From NCBI GenBank assembly GCA_964354495.1, contig CAYHAA010000005.1:30001-62000 (forward strand): a stretch of 32,000 nt of DNA. The letters are read 5' to 3'. The notes under the pieces are model-generated. The model had not been told where the DNA came from. It did not search any database and saw only the letters and a program-made list of their open reading frames with translations. Source of the DNA: an uncultured archaeon. Lineage in GTDB: Archaea; Asgardarchaeota; Thorarchaeia; Thorarchaeales; Thorarchaeaceae. Positions 1 to 8,716 of the stretch are shown in pieces. Position 1 is the stretch's first letter. The number at the start of each line of letters is the position of its first letter. A program made the position numbers and the translations under genes.

Positions 1-880
1 CTGCAAGAATAATTCCAATCAGGCCGAGAACTGTCCACATTGCCCGCTGACCTCGTGCGATTGGTATTTCGCCCATAAGCACCCTGCCAGAGTTGCCATC
101 GATAGCAGCTTTGTAGAGATCGCCCTGGAACTTGTAGCGAACCATGGTGAACGGAGCCTGGAGGTATGTGGTTCCTCTCACACTAGTAGTAGTGCGACAA
201 TCAAACAGCTCTGCCAGGCCACTTCCTGCCTGAGCACGATGATTATCAGCGACCCGTCCATGAATCGCCTTCTCGAATTCTTCCTGACCTATCTCAGCAT
301 TGAGAATCATGGGATCAAGATCCTTGATCTTCTCAAAATTATAGGGAACTGTATTCTCAATCTTAATAGTTCCCAAGAATTCCTCAAGCCCATAGAAACG
401 AGCGCCCTTTCTTGCAAGCATTGGCTCATTAGTATCTGTGTGAAGTTCAGACTGAACAGGTACGTAGCCTGTTTCGTAGTCAGTATAAGTCTCAGTCCTA
501 GTATGGCCGTTAGAATCTCTAACAGTCCTAGTCTTTTGAACGGGAACCTGAACGGTCTTGTATCCCTTGTAGTAAGAATCAGCTTTGACCTTCGCAGTCC
601 ATACTGGTACGTAGATCAATCGGTTCTCGACGACTTGAACATTCTTGACCAAGGACTTATTCATACCCTTATTCTTGTCAAGAAAGCCTTGGAAGCCCCG
701 TATTCGCTCATCAGCGCCTATGGCAGGCTCCATCAAGTGGTCGCCAATAGCCTTTCCCTCTATTGTGCTCGTATTCCCACAATAGTTACAAGTAATAACA
801 ACATCATCAGGTCCCGTTTTTACATTGCCGTTACAGACAGGACACTTGAACATGTCCGCTGTTTGTGCTTCAGAACCCAT
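1..880 (-). CDS. Zn-ribbon (CxxC...CxxC) membrane protein, YdjG-like; partial, runs off the window start
   Basis: Not in the ORF track; translated by hand. The minus-strand frame is open from ATG 880 to base 1: MGSEAQTADMFKCPVCNGNVKTGPDDVVITCNYCG...LIYVPVWTAKVKA...YLQAPFTMVRYKFQGDLYKAAIDGNSGRVLMGEIP...MWTVLGLIGIILA. It has an N-terminal Zn ribbon, a YxPxW motif and the start of a TM helix. GGAGAG RBS lies upstream of 880. Confidence 0.85.
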   Translation of the reverse strand, partial: MGSEAQTADMFKCPVCNGNVKTGPDDVVITCNYCGNTSTIEGKAIGDHLMEPAIGADERIRGFQGFLDKNKGMNKSLVKNVQVVENRLIYVPVWTAKVKADSYYKGYKTVQVPVQKTRTVRDSNGHTRTETYTDYETGYVPVQSELHTDTNEPMLARKGARFYGLEEFLGTIKIENTVPYNFEKIKDLDPMILNAEIGQEEFEKAIHGRVADNHRAQAGSGLAELFDCRTTTSVRGTTYLQAPFTMVRYKFQGDLYKAAIDGNSGRVLMGEIPIARGQRAMWTVLGLIGIILA

Positions 881-1036
881 AGTCAAACTCTCCGAGTCTG
901 TGTATAGAAGAGCAATGTAGGTGAATTCTATTTAGCGTTATGGTGGTTGGCCCTCGAGAGTGATTTGCAGTGTTTTGATAGTTCGCAAACATTCAGAGGA
1001 AGGGCATCGACAACTTGTTTGCCCGTCTAGCCAATT

Positions 1037-2185
1037 TCATCTGCGGATTTCATCGCGAAGTCTGGCAACTGAGAATTCATCCACTCTGTCTTTGACCTCC
1101 TCTCGGGCAGCCTGATGTTTTTCAAGGAAGTCTACCATTAGGGGAGCCAGAAACTGCTTGCAGGGGCCACAGAGCAATTCACCAGATCTGCATGTGCGTT
1201 CGATTTCAGCGAGCTTAGCGTCGTCAGGTACGAAAATGAACTTGTACCATTTGAATACACTGCAGATGTCTGGATTAGCTCCGAGTTTGCGCTGCTCTTC
1301 GACCGTGGCGCGCCCTCCTGTAAAAGCAGCCATAACCTTCTTCTTCGCCATTCTTGACGTGTCAGTGGTGTAGATGACAGACATCTCATCAGAGGCAGAC
1401 ATCTTGCCTCCCTCTTTTAGACCTGGAACAAACATGCATTGGATGGTCGCAGGCTTGTAGTATCCGAGCTTTTCCGCGATATCTCTAGTCACCCTCCAGA
1501 ATGGATCTTGGTCAATCGCACACGGAATGAGGCAGGGCACGTTCTTGCCATAGATCCATGAGTGCAGAAAGGCCGGAACAGCTTGTATCGCAGGATGCCA
1601 GATGGAACCGATGTTCGTACTATTATCAAAACCGAAAGTCGCTTTTACTGTCGAGAAGGTCACTTTTCGAGCAACCTCAACAGCAATCTCATACAACATA
1701 TCAATGTGTTCGATGTCCTGAATGATGTACGTGTCCTCAGGTTCGAATCCGAGCGCCAATAGATCCAAGGTGTTCTCGTATGTATACCGTTTAACATCGC
1801 CAAGGCTGAGATTACTGTTGAAGAAGTACTTCTCATCATTTGTCATCTGGAAGTATAGTCGTGTCTTCACTCTGTCCTGCAGCCATTTGGTGAATATCCA
1901 AGGAACAAGATGACCGATATGAGTGTGGCCGCTGGGTCCTCTTCCAGTATAGATTATGAACGGATTCCTCTTGACATGTTCATCCAAAATCCAGTCTAGG
2001 TCTCTATGTGAGAAGAACAAGTCGCGCTCGAGCATAAAGTGCCGCCCGCCAGCCACTTTGAAAAGCTTCTCCTTCAGTTTCTTGTCTATACGCTGGGTAC
2101 CGAACATCTGAATGAGGCGGTCGTAGTCGAGCTTTCCGCGAACTTCATAGGGCGTGACTACCATTTCATCGTTCTCATCACTCAA
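1037..2185 (-). CDS. trpS: Tryptophanyl-tRNA synthetase (archaeal/eukaryal type)
   Basis: TPYEV N-terminus, YTGRGPS..HIGH, AIDQDPFWR and KMSAS motifs; TTG start with AAGGAG upstream. Confidence 0.97.
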   Translation of the reverse strand: MSDENDEMVVTPYEVRGKLDYDRLIQMFGTQRIDKKLKEKLFKVAGGRHFMLERDLFFSHRDLDWILDEHVKRNPFIIYTGRGPSGHTHIGHLVPWIFTKWLQDRVKTRLYFQMTNDEKYFFNSNLSLGDVKRYTYENTLDLLALGFEPEDTYIIQDIEHIDMLYEIAVEVARKVTFSTVKATFGFDNSTNIGSIWHPAIQAVPAFLHSWIYGKNVPCLIPCAIDQDPFWRVTRDIAEKLGYYKPATIQCMFVPGLKEGGKMSASDEMSVIYTTDTSRMAKKKVMAAFTGGRATVEEQRKLGANPDICSVFKWYKFIFVPDDAKLAEIERTCRSGELLCGPCKQFLAPLMVDFLEKHQAAREEVKDRVDEFSVARLRDEIRR

Positions 2186-2371
2186 TATGACAGTCTCCTT
2201 GGATGAACTGCTATCACAGAGCCAGTCGTGTCGAACAATCTCTCATCGTAATTAAGCGTGGTGGTGGCATTCTCGGGCAGCTTCTTTCATAGCAGAACTG
2301 GAATTCCACTCGCTGTAAGAAACACAGAGTGGAGACAATTCTCGCCGCGGCATACTAGAGCACTACTGGCC

Positions 2372-3028
2372 TCAGAGTTCGGCTTTCTTGTAGGCATCCG
2401 GCATTCTAATTCCAGTCTTCCCCATGAAGACATCCCGTAATAGCTCAACGTGTTCATCGAGATCCTTGAGGAGCTTGTCACGAGCACTGGGTTCGATATT
2501 CGGCTCAACAACCCAGATTGTGAGATAGTTGCTCACTATGCCGATATCGATAGCGCCTTCCTCGAAGTCTCTGAATATAGTCAGTTTAACAAGAAACTCC
2601 TGCTCGTACATGTTGAGGATATCACGGATACTTATCATTATGAGATCGAGAAAGCCAACAAGATCATCGAGTTCTGGTGAGTCCTCAATGTCGCCGCGCA
2701 TGGACTCCGTGAGCGTCTGAATCGTAGATGAGGAGTGCCTCAAGTTCTCAAACATGTGCATAAGTTTAGTGAACTCTCTTATCGAGGTTTCAAAAGAGGG
2801 AACCAGATTATCATACAGAGTTACTAACAGAATGCCTTTGCAGTTCTCTCTAAGGTTTTGAAAGCCCTCAAGCTTGCCCAGCGGCCCATCCAAGTGCTCA
2901 ATCTGCATGATTGTGTTCGTGACCGCCTGAATCGCCTTCACAGATTTCCTCTGGATGTTTGACCATTTCTCGATGAATGTATCAAGTCCATCACGGAGAT
3001 CATCAAGTGAGTCCAGGTAATTCGGCAC
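2372..3028 (-). CDS. Helical protein with CINP/C1orf109-like (CK2S-like) signature
   Basis: 218 aa, amphipathic helices. FIEKW near the N-terminus and LNMYEQEFLVKLTIF...SNYLTIWVVEPNIE near the C-terminus resemble CINP as I recall it. GTG start with GGAG upstream. Confidence 0.7.
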   Translation of the reverse strand: MPNYLDSLDDLRDGLDTFIEKWSNIQRKSVKAIQAVTNTIMQIEHLDGPLGKLEGFQNLRENCKGILLVTLYDNLVPSFETSIREFTKLMHMFENLRHSSSTIQTLTESMRGDIEDSPELDDLVGFLDLIMISIRDILNMYEQEFLVKLTIFRDFEEGAIDIGIVSNYLTIWVVEPNIEPSARDKLLKDLDEHVELLRDVFMGKTGIRMPDAYKKAEL

Positions 3029-3129
3029 TTAGCTATCTACTCCGAGTGAATTTTCACTCTATCGCATATAAGATATTCTGCGGGGGCACAAATGATGAGA
3101 GGATACTCGCAAACATCCAACTGCCTTGA

Positions 3130-3672
3130 CTAGGGTTTATGCGTGAGTTTAAGAAGGTCAGAACGAGTGATGATGCCGCGGATACGCCCCTGATTGTGAA
3201 TCAATATCGCCTGATAGGTCTGAAAGAGCGGGGTGATAACGTCCACAGGGGTACTCTCGTCGATAATTGGTACGCTCTCCGGACTCATTACTGCTTGGAC
3301 TGAGAGTTCGTCCATGTTGTGCTGAAGATTCCGAATGATGTCACGTTCGGTCACAAGTCCCACAAGCTGAGTGCCTCTGAGAACTGGCACCTGCGAGAAG
3401 TTGTATTCCTGCATAAGGCCCACTGCCTGAGAGGCCTGGTCTCTTGCATCAACAGTCTTGGGGTCAGGCGTCATGATATCTGCACAGGTCTTGCTTTGGC
3501 GGCTGACAAGTACATCGACAATCCTGCTGACGACAGATAGTTTTGGATCGAGTGAACCACGTTCAAGACGGGCGATATATGATTGCGAAACTCCTACTTC
3601 TTCTGCAAGATCCGCCTGTGTCATTCTCACTTCACGTCTCATCTTCGAGAGCTCGTCGGCAGTCATCATCAT
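3130..3672 (-). CDS. XRE-family HTH + CBS-pair transcriptional regulator
   Basis: MTQADLAEEVGVSQSYIARLERG HTH followed by two CBS repeats (FSQVPV...VGLVTERDI; GIITRSDLL). Confidence 0.93.
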   Translation of the reverse strand: MMMTADELSKMRREVRMTQADLAEEVGVSQSYIARLERGSLDPKLSVVSRIVDVLVSRQSKTCADIMTPDPKTVDARDQASQAVGLMQEYNFSQVPVLRGTQLVGLVTERDIIRNLQHNMDELSVQAVMSPESVPIIDESTPVDVITPLFQTYQAILIHNQGRIRGIITRSDLLKLTHKP

Positions 3673-3737
3673 CCTTCATATTCCTGTGAGTAATAGGTAT
3701 TACATCCAGTATTACTTGCAAGAATTACGAATGAAAA

Positions 3738-3746
3738 TTTTTATAT
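3738..3746. promoter_or_regulatory. Putative TATA box in the divergent CBS-HTH / mat intergenic region
   Basis: TTTTTATAT preceded by purine-rich GAATGAAAA (BRE-like), 42 nt before the mat ATG; reads TATAAAAA on the minus strand. Confidence 0.5.
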
Positions 3747-3787
3747 GCTTTTCGTTCTGCGGCACAAGGAACAGTGAGTTGATTATC

Positions 3788-4990
3788 ATGCGCAATTTGA
3801 GAGTCACAGCAGGATACGGGCCTAGTGTTGACAAGCTCCCGGTCGAGATTGTAGAACGTAAGGGAAAAGGACACCCTGACACACTCTGCGACAAGGCCGC
3901 CGAAGAGCTTTCAGTACGCCTCAGTGAGTACTACATGGAAACTTTTGGTCAGGTGCAGCATCACAACGTGGACAAGGTTCTACTCGTCGGAGGACAATCC
4001 ATCACCAAGTTTGGGGGAGGAGACGTTATTGAGCCAATATACATCCTGCTAAGCGGCCGAGCTGTTGATGTCGTCGGCAAAGACTACACACGACAAGTGC
4101 CCGTAGGGAAATTCGCGGTGGAGCACACCAGAGAGTGGCTGAGCAAAGATCTTCCGCACCTGGACGTGAACTCGGATGTCATTATTGACTACAAGATACG
4201 TGCTGGCTCCACAGACCTAGTCGGCAACTTCGACCTTGAAACTGGAGTGCCGCGAGCAAACGATACAAGCTTTGGTGTTGGCTTTGCTCCATTCTCACCT
4301 ACCGAGTTAATCACTCTGGAAACAGAACAGATGCTAAACAGCGAGAAGGTGAAGAGAGAATGGCCTCAAATCGGTGAGGACATCAAGGTCATGAGCACAC
4401 GACTAGAGGACAAGGTACATGTTCAGGTCGCAGCGGCGATAATATCCAGTGAAACCAAAGACAGGAGCGAGTATGCCAATGTCATGCAGGGCATTCGTGA
4501 CCTTGTTTCAGACCTCGCTGTCAAAATCACGGACATGGATGTTGAAGTCAGCGTCAATACTGCAGACAGTCCAGAAGACAACCTATTCTATCTCACAGTC
4601 ACCGGCACCTCAGCCGAACATGGCGATGATGGACAGGTAGGCCGAGGTAATCGCGCGAATGGTCTCATTACACCCTATAGGCCAATGACCCTAGAGGCTG
4701 CAGCTGGAAAGAATCCCGTGTCACACGTAGGCAAGACATACAATGTGACAGCGAGAGAAATAACAGAGAGGGTGTACAAAGAACACCCTGACCTAGCACA
4801 AGTCTACTGCTATATTGTGAGCAAGATCGGAGCTCCAATCACTGAGCCACAGGCAGTCAATGTAGAGATTTTCGGCGACTGCAATCTTAAGAAAGTAACG
4901 AAATCTGTTGAGTCAATCACTGAGGAAGTGATTGCAAAGCTGCCACATGTATGGGAAGGTTTCGTTAAGAGGCAGTACCAACTCTGGTAG
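3788..4990 (+). CDS. mat: Archaeal S-adenosylmethionine synthetase
   Basis: VEIVERKGKGHPDTLCD, HHNVDK, ANDTSFGVG, GEDIKVM, GDDGQVGRGNRANGLIT, AAGKNPVSHVGK. The true start is ATG 3788; the ORF-track extension to 3458 overlaps the CBS gene. Confidence 0.97.
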   Translation: MRNLRVTAGYGPSVDKLPVEIVERKGKGHPDTLCDKAAEELSVRLSEYYMETFGQVQHHNVDKVLLVGGQSITKFGGGDVIEPIYILLSGRAVDVVGKDYTRQVPVGKFAVEHTREWLSKDLPHLDVNSDVIIDYKIRAGSTDLVGNFDLETGVPRANDTSFGVGFAPFSPTELITLETEQMLNSEKVKREWPQIGEDIKVMSTRLEDKVHVQVAAAIISSETKDRSEYANVMQGIRDLVSDLAVKITDMDVEVSVNTADSPEDNLFYLTVTGTSAEHGDDGQVGRGNRANGLITPYRPMTLEAAAGKNPVSHVGKTYNVTAREITERVYKEHPDLAQVYCYIVSKIGAPITEPQAVNVEIFGDCNLKKVTKSVESITEEVIAKLPHVWEGFVKRQYQLW

Positions 4991-5009
4991 ACGATTTATG
5001 CGAATGCTG

Positions 5010-5052
5010 GAGAGTGTGGGGCATATTCTAAAGTGCCCTACAACACTTTCTC
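5010..5052. terminator. Stem-loop between the convergent mat and M3 peptidase genes
   Basis: GAGAGTGT-GGGGCA...TGCCC-TACA-ACACTTTCTC imperfect inverted repeat. Confidence 0.45.
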
Positions 5053-7033
5053 ATTTTTCGCCGGTTATGCCAAGTGACTCCATGAATGCATCACTATTTG
5101 ATTCACGACCCAGAAAGTCCCGCACGAGTTCATCCGGATCTCTACTTCCTCCGGGAGCCAGGATTTTCACTCGATACTCATAGCCAGTCTTCTCATCCAT
5201 GACACCGTTTTCTTCGAACTTCGTGAACATATCCTCTGCATAGACTTTCGACCACAGGTATCCGTAGTAGCCTGCTTCGTACCCACCCATGAGGTGCCCA
5301 AATGATGCTTCTGGTACAGTATCAGTAGGATGCGTGAAAAGCGTAATCTCTTGGAACATCTTGAACCACTCTGTCGTAGGGTCATCTGGTACTTCAGTGT
5401 GATAGAACATGTCTATGAGTGAGTAGAAGACCTGCCGTAGCTGAAGTAGGCTTATGTCGAGCAGTTTTGCATCGATGAGTTTCTTTAGCAGCCCGGAGGG
5501 CAGCTTCTTGCGAGAGTCTTCGAAGTGACCCGAAAGGAGCGAGAGTGTCCCCTCCTTCCAGGCCCAGTTCTCAAACATCATCGAGGGTGTTTCGATGAAG
5601 TCAGGCAGCACACCATCAAGGCCAAAGCTGGAATAGCTTGCGCTATTTGACATGACGTGCATTAGATGGCCGAACTCGTGGAAAAAGGTTTCAACCTCGG
5701 GATGCGTCAAGAGCGATGGTCGACTCTTTGTTGGCTTTTGGAAGTTCGCAACCATTGATGCTACTGGAAGGAGAACCTCACCGTCCTGTATACGACGACT
5801 CGTCAAATCGAACACTGCAAAGTGCTTGTACTTCCCCTCGCGAGGATAGAGGTCAAGGTAGAACACACCCTTAGTATCCCCATTGACCTTGTCAACGACC
5901 TTGAACTCGCGGACATCCTCATACCAACCATTCGGAGTTTCAGATTCGATGAATTCGAGATTGAGAACTGTCTGATAGATTTCTAGAACTCCTGCTACGA
6001 CTCTTTCCATGGGAAAGTACTTCTTAATCTCGTTCTGATCCACAGAGAATCTCTCTTTCATTAGCGCCTCGTGATAATAAAACAAATCCCATACTTCAAG
6101 CGCGACACTATCAACCTGAATGCCCAGCTCCTTTGCTTTGAGGCGCTTTAGGTTTTCAATCTCCTTGTGGCCCAGCGGGATGAGTTTCTCCTTGAGGTCA
6201 CTCATGAACTCAAATACGCGTGTTGGAGTCTTCGCCATCTTTATGCTAATACTATACTCAGCGAAGTTCGAGAAGCCTGCTAGTTTTGCCTTTCGGTCTC
6301 TCAATGCAAGAGCATCAGCAAGACGTTCACTGTTTTGCTTCCCACCACGATTGTTGAAGGCTATCGTCATCTTCTTTCTTGTTTCAGGATTCTTTGCATA
6401 GGTTCTGACAGGCACGAAGAACGGGTAATCGAGCGGGACTTTGTAGCTCTTCCCATGCTTCTCCAGGCTCTCATAAATATCAGGGGGAACACCTTCAAGC
6501 TCCTCCTTCGTCAGGGGGACCGTAGTTGTTACTTCATTGAGAACTCGATTGTAATCGGACTCAAGTATACTGATATTGTTCGATATCTCGAGAAACTCCT
6601 TGCGCGCATCCTCATTCAATGCCGCTCCTCGGTGCCTAAACTCGTCGAGTGTTCGTTTCAGCAGAGCCTGCTCCTCAATTCCAAAGGTCTTCATGGTCGG
6701 TTCAAGGCGAACTATGACATCATAGAGATCCTTGCGACCCCAGATTTCATTCATGAATTTCCTTAGCTGCTTTTCGACATCATCAGCGATATCTCGTTGA
6801 AACTTATCTACTGACACATTTTTCATGAATGCCAGAGGGTCGAGTTTTTCCCGCAGAACACCAATCACTTCTTCAAAGGCTTGAAGTGTCGAGATAGTTA
6901 CTTGACCGCGAGGCGTCTTCGAGATTTTATTTAATGCCCGCTTTGCACTTGCAATCGCTCTGTCTGCAATGGTCTGAATCTTCTCGGGTTTGATAGTCCA
7001 ATCCAGTTTGCGGATAATTCCTGCCTTGTTCAT
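5051..7033 (-). CDS. M3A metallopeptidase, thimet oligopeptidase/neurolysin-like
   Basis: FFHEFGHLMH (HExxH), YLDLYPREGKY, DFIETPSMMFENW, FGHLMGGYEAGYYGYLWS. Start placed at ATG 7033 because a TATA box lies 24 nt upstream. Confidence 0.95.
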   Translation of the reverse strand: MNKAGIIRKLDWTIKPEKIQTIADRAIASAKRALNKISKTPRGQVTISTLQAFEEVIGVLREKLDPLAFMKNVSVDKFQRDIADDVEKQLRKFMNEIWGRKDLYDVIVRLEPTMKTFGIEEQALLKRTLDEFRHRGAALNEDARKEFLEISNNISILESDYNRVLNEVTTTVPLTKEELEGVPPDIYESLEKHGKSYKVPLDYPFFVPVRTYAKNPETRKKMTIAFNNRGGKQNSERLADALALRDRKAKLAGFSNFAEYSISIKMAKTPTRVFEFMSDLKEKLIPLGHKEIENLKRLKAKELGIQVDSVALEVWDLFYYHEALMKERFSVDQNEIKKYFPMERVVAGVLEIYQTVLNLEFIESETPNGWYEDVREFKVVDKVNGDTKGVFYLDLYPREGKYKHFAVFDLTSRRIQDGEVLLPVASMVANFQKPTKSRPSLLTHPEVETFFHEFGHLMHVMSNSASYSSFGLDGVLPDFIETPSMMFENWAWKEGTLSLLSGHFEDSRKKLPSGLLKKLIDAKLLDISLLQLRQVFYSLIDMFYHTEVPDDPTTEWFKMFQEITLFTHPTDTVPEASFGHLMGGYEAGYYGYLWSKVYAEDMFTKFEENGVMDEKTGYEYRVKILAPGGSRDPDELVRDFLGRESNSDAFMESLGITGEK

Positions 7034-7056
7034 GACATTCTGAGAAGATTCATGCA

Positions 7057-7063
7057 TATTTAA
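7057..7063 (-). promoter_or_regulatory. TATA box (TTAAATA) of a probably leaderless M3 peptidase transcript
   Basis: Located 24 nt upstream of ATG 7033, the canonical archaeal TATA-to-TSS spacing. Confidence 0.55.
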
Positions 7064-7227
7064 GCGCCGCTTTGTCAGCGAGCAAGCCACTGGAGAACGT
7101 CAATCTTGGGCAGAGAATAGGCGAACTCTCCGGTAACATGTTTTTTAAGGACTCAAGTATAGTGTCCAACTAAGTCAACCCCAATTGTCATGCCAGGGGT
7201 TGCGAATACATTAGGAGAATCAATAGC

Positions 7228-7788
7228 ATGGGCAAAAAAATAGATCCCATCGCCGAGCGAGTTAGAAAGAAAGCAGGCAAAGACATCAAGGGCGGGCTTA
7301 TCGGAAAGATAACCCACTACATCCCTGGATGGCACGGATATCAGGAGAAGAACGAGAGGCGCGCCGCTGACAAAGTCCTCCGTGAATTCCTCGCAGACCA
7401 GCTCCGTCTTGTCAAACAGAAGCTAGAGAAGCTGCAGATGATGGTAGTCGACTACAATCTCAGCAAGACCTGGGAGACATTCGACAGGATGCTCAATCTC
7501 ACTGATAAGATGGAGAGTTCAATCCGTTACGCTGACTATGGCTATGCGGCATGGGGCTCTAAGGAGAAGATCAATGAAGGAGAACTCGACAAGCTGTACG
7601 AGTTTGACGCGACGCTTCTTGACGACGTCGGAGATATCAACAATGTAGCTGAGGAATTTCAGGACCATATGAATCAAGGTAAATTCGATGGTGCTTGGGA
7701 TTACACCTATCGCATGTGGACCATCATGCAACGCTTCGAAGAGAAATGGAATCAGCGAGAAGGCTACATGAAGGGTTACCAAGATTAG
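7228..7788 (+). CDS. Conserved helical-bundle protein of the family usually found next to SPFH/zinc-ribbon genes
   Basis: IPGWHGYQEKNERRAADKVLRE...RYADYGYAAW...KINEGELDKLYEFD match a family I recall from Chloroflexi and archaea (IPGFxGYxERExRRxADKLLR...GYxGxFDAVKIxExELxxLYxFD). Confidence 0.8.
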   Translation: MGKKIDPIAERVRKKAGKDIKGGLIGKITHYIPGWHGYQEKNERRAADKVLREFLADQLRLVKQKLEKLQMMVVDYNLSKTWETFDRMLNLTDKMESSIRYADYGYAAWGSKEKINEGELDKLYEFDATLLDDVGDINNVAEEFQDHMNQGKFDGAWDYTYRMWTIMQRFEEKWNQREGYMKGYQD

Positions 7789-7801
7789 TTGATGTTGTTA
7801 T

Positions 7802-7836
7802 TCCGGGGGGTCTCCCCCGGAGTATCACTTCTTTTC
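7802..7836 (+). terminator. GC hairpin followed by a T-rich tract
   Basis: TCCGGGGG-GTCT-CCCCCGGA perfect 8-bp stem 14 nt after the stop codon, then CACTTCTTTTCT. Confidence 0.6.
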
Positions 7837-7876
7837 TAGGAATAGATTGAAGGGCACTATCCAGAGATAGCAGAGC

Positions 7877-8149
7877 CTATTCGACACCAAGCTCTCGAAG
7901 AGCACGTCGAATGAGTGTAATGTTGATCAGTCGTTCACAGGACTTACATGTGAATGAGTCAGGACCAACCCATTCCACTCCATCAGAGAAATTCAATAGA
8001 CTCCCACATCGAGGGCATTTCAACTCCCTGCAACTTGTTGAAGAGAGGAAGCTGCGCGTTATGGACGTGAAACTATGTGAAGGCTTCTTTACGATCAAGT
8101 CTTCGACATAGGAACGCGGCCCGGCCGGCTCCCTGCAGACGTCCTTCAT
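7877..8149 (-). CDS. Small Zn-ribbon protein
   Basis: CPRCG...FTCKSC pair plus a C-terminal helix; the start is uncertain. Confidence 0.55.
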   Translation of the reverse strand: MKDVCREPAGPRSYVEDLIVKKPSHSFTSITRSFLSSTSCRELKCPRCGSLLNFSDGVEWVGPDSFTCKSCERLINITLIRRALRELGVE

Positions 8150-8325
8150 CTACTTGAACAACTCCTTGCATAGAGAGCAGATGATTGTTCTATAAGACTG
8201 AGCAATACGACTAGACCTGCATACTTGGATCCCAGCATTGGTAGAAAGCGGAACTTGCTGAATTCTCCTATACCGAAAGAGCCTATTACATTCAAAACGA
8301 GTACTATCTGTTGAGATGACAGCGT

Positions 8326-8646
8326 ATGCAGGTCAGTCTATTTGAAGTCACAATTGGTGCGGAATTCATGTTACTTGTCGGTTATCTTCTCTATGGCGTA
8401 CTGAGGAAATTCTCATCAGCAGATGACAGACCATCAATCTCGTTCTACATAACGATACTAATCGGGTTCATCACATCACTCCTTGTACTCAATGCCATGC
8501 TATCACTCTCAAGGTTTCTGCTGCAAGAACTCCCTCTCGTGAAGGGACTGCTGACTTTAGATATCATCCTCTTCGTGGTTGCCATAGGAGACACGCTAAG
8601 ATTAAACCAGTCCCGAAATCAACTTCATGCAAGTCATAATCCTTGA
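8326..8646 (+). CDS. Small membrane protein (about 3 TM), unknown function
   Basis: Three hydrophobic segments in 106 aa. Confidence 0.6.
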   Translation: MQVSLFEVTIGAEFMLLVGYLLYGVLRKFSSADDRPSISFYITILIGFITSLLVLNAMLSLSRFLLQELPLVKGLLTLDIILFVVAIGDTLRLNQSRNQLHASHNP

Positions 8647-8716
8647 AATGTAGGAGCATCACTCTTGGTTGAGTATCAGATATCGATTCGGAGAAGCTCT
8701 CATGTACCTGCTATAA

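Noticed and set aside
239-907. 222-aa plus-strand ORF from the track
   Set aside because: It is the antisense shadow of the real minus-strand Zn-ribbon gene (1-880) and has no motifs.
1736-1760. GGTTCGAATCC tRNA T-loop-like motif (also near 31988)
   Set aside because: It lies inside protein-coding genes and has no cloverleaf.
3458-3787. N-terminal extension of the SAM synthetase ORF
   Set aside because: It overlaps the opposite-strand CBS gene; homology begins at ATG 3788.
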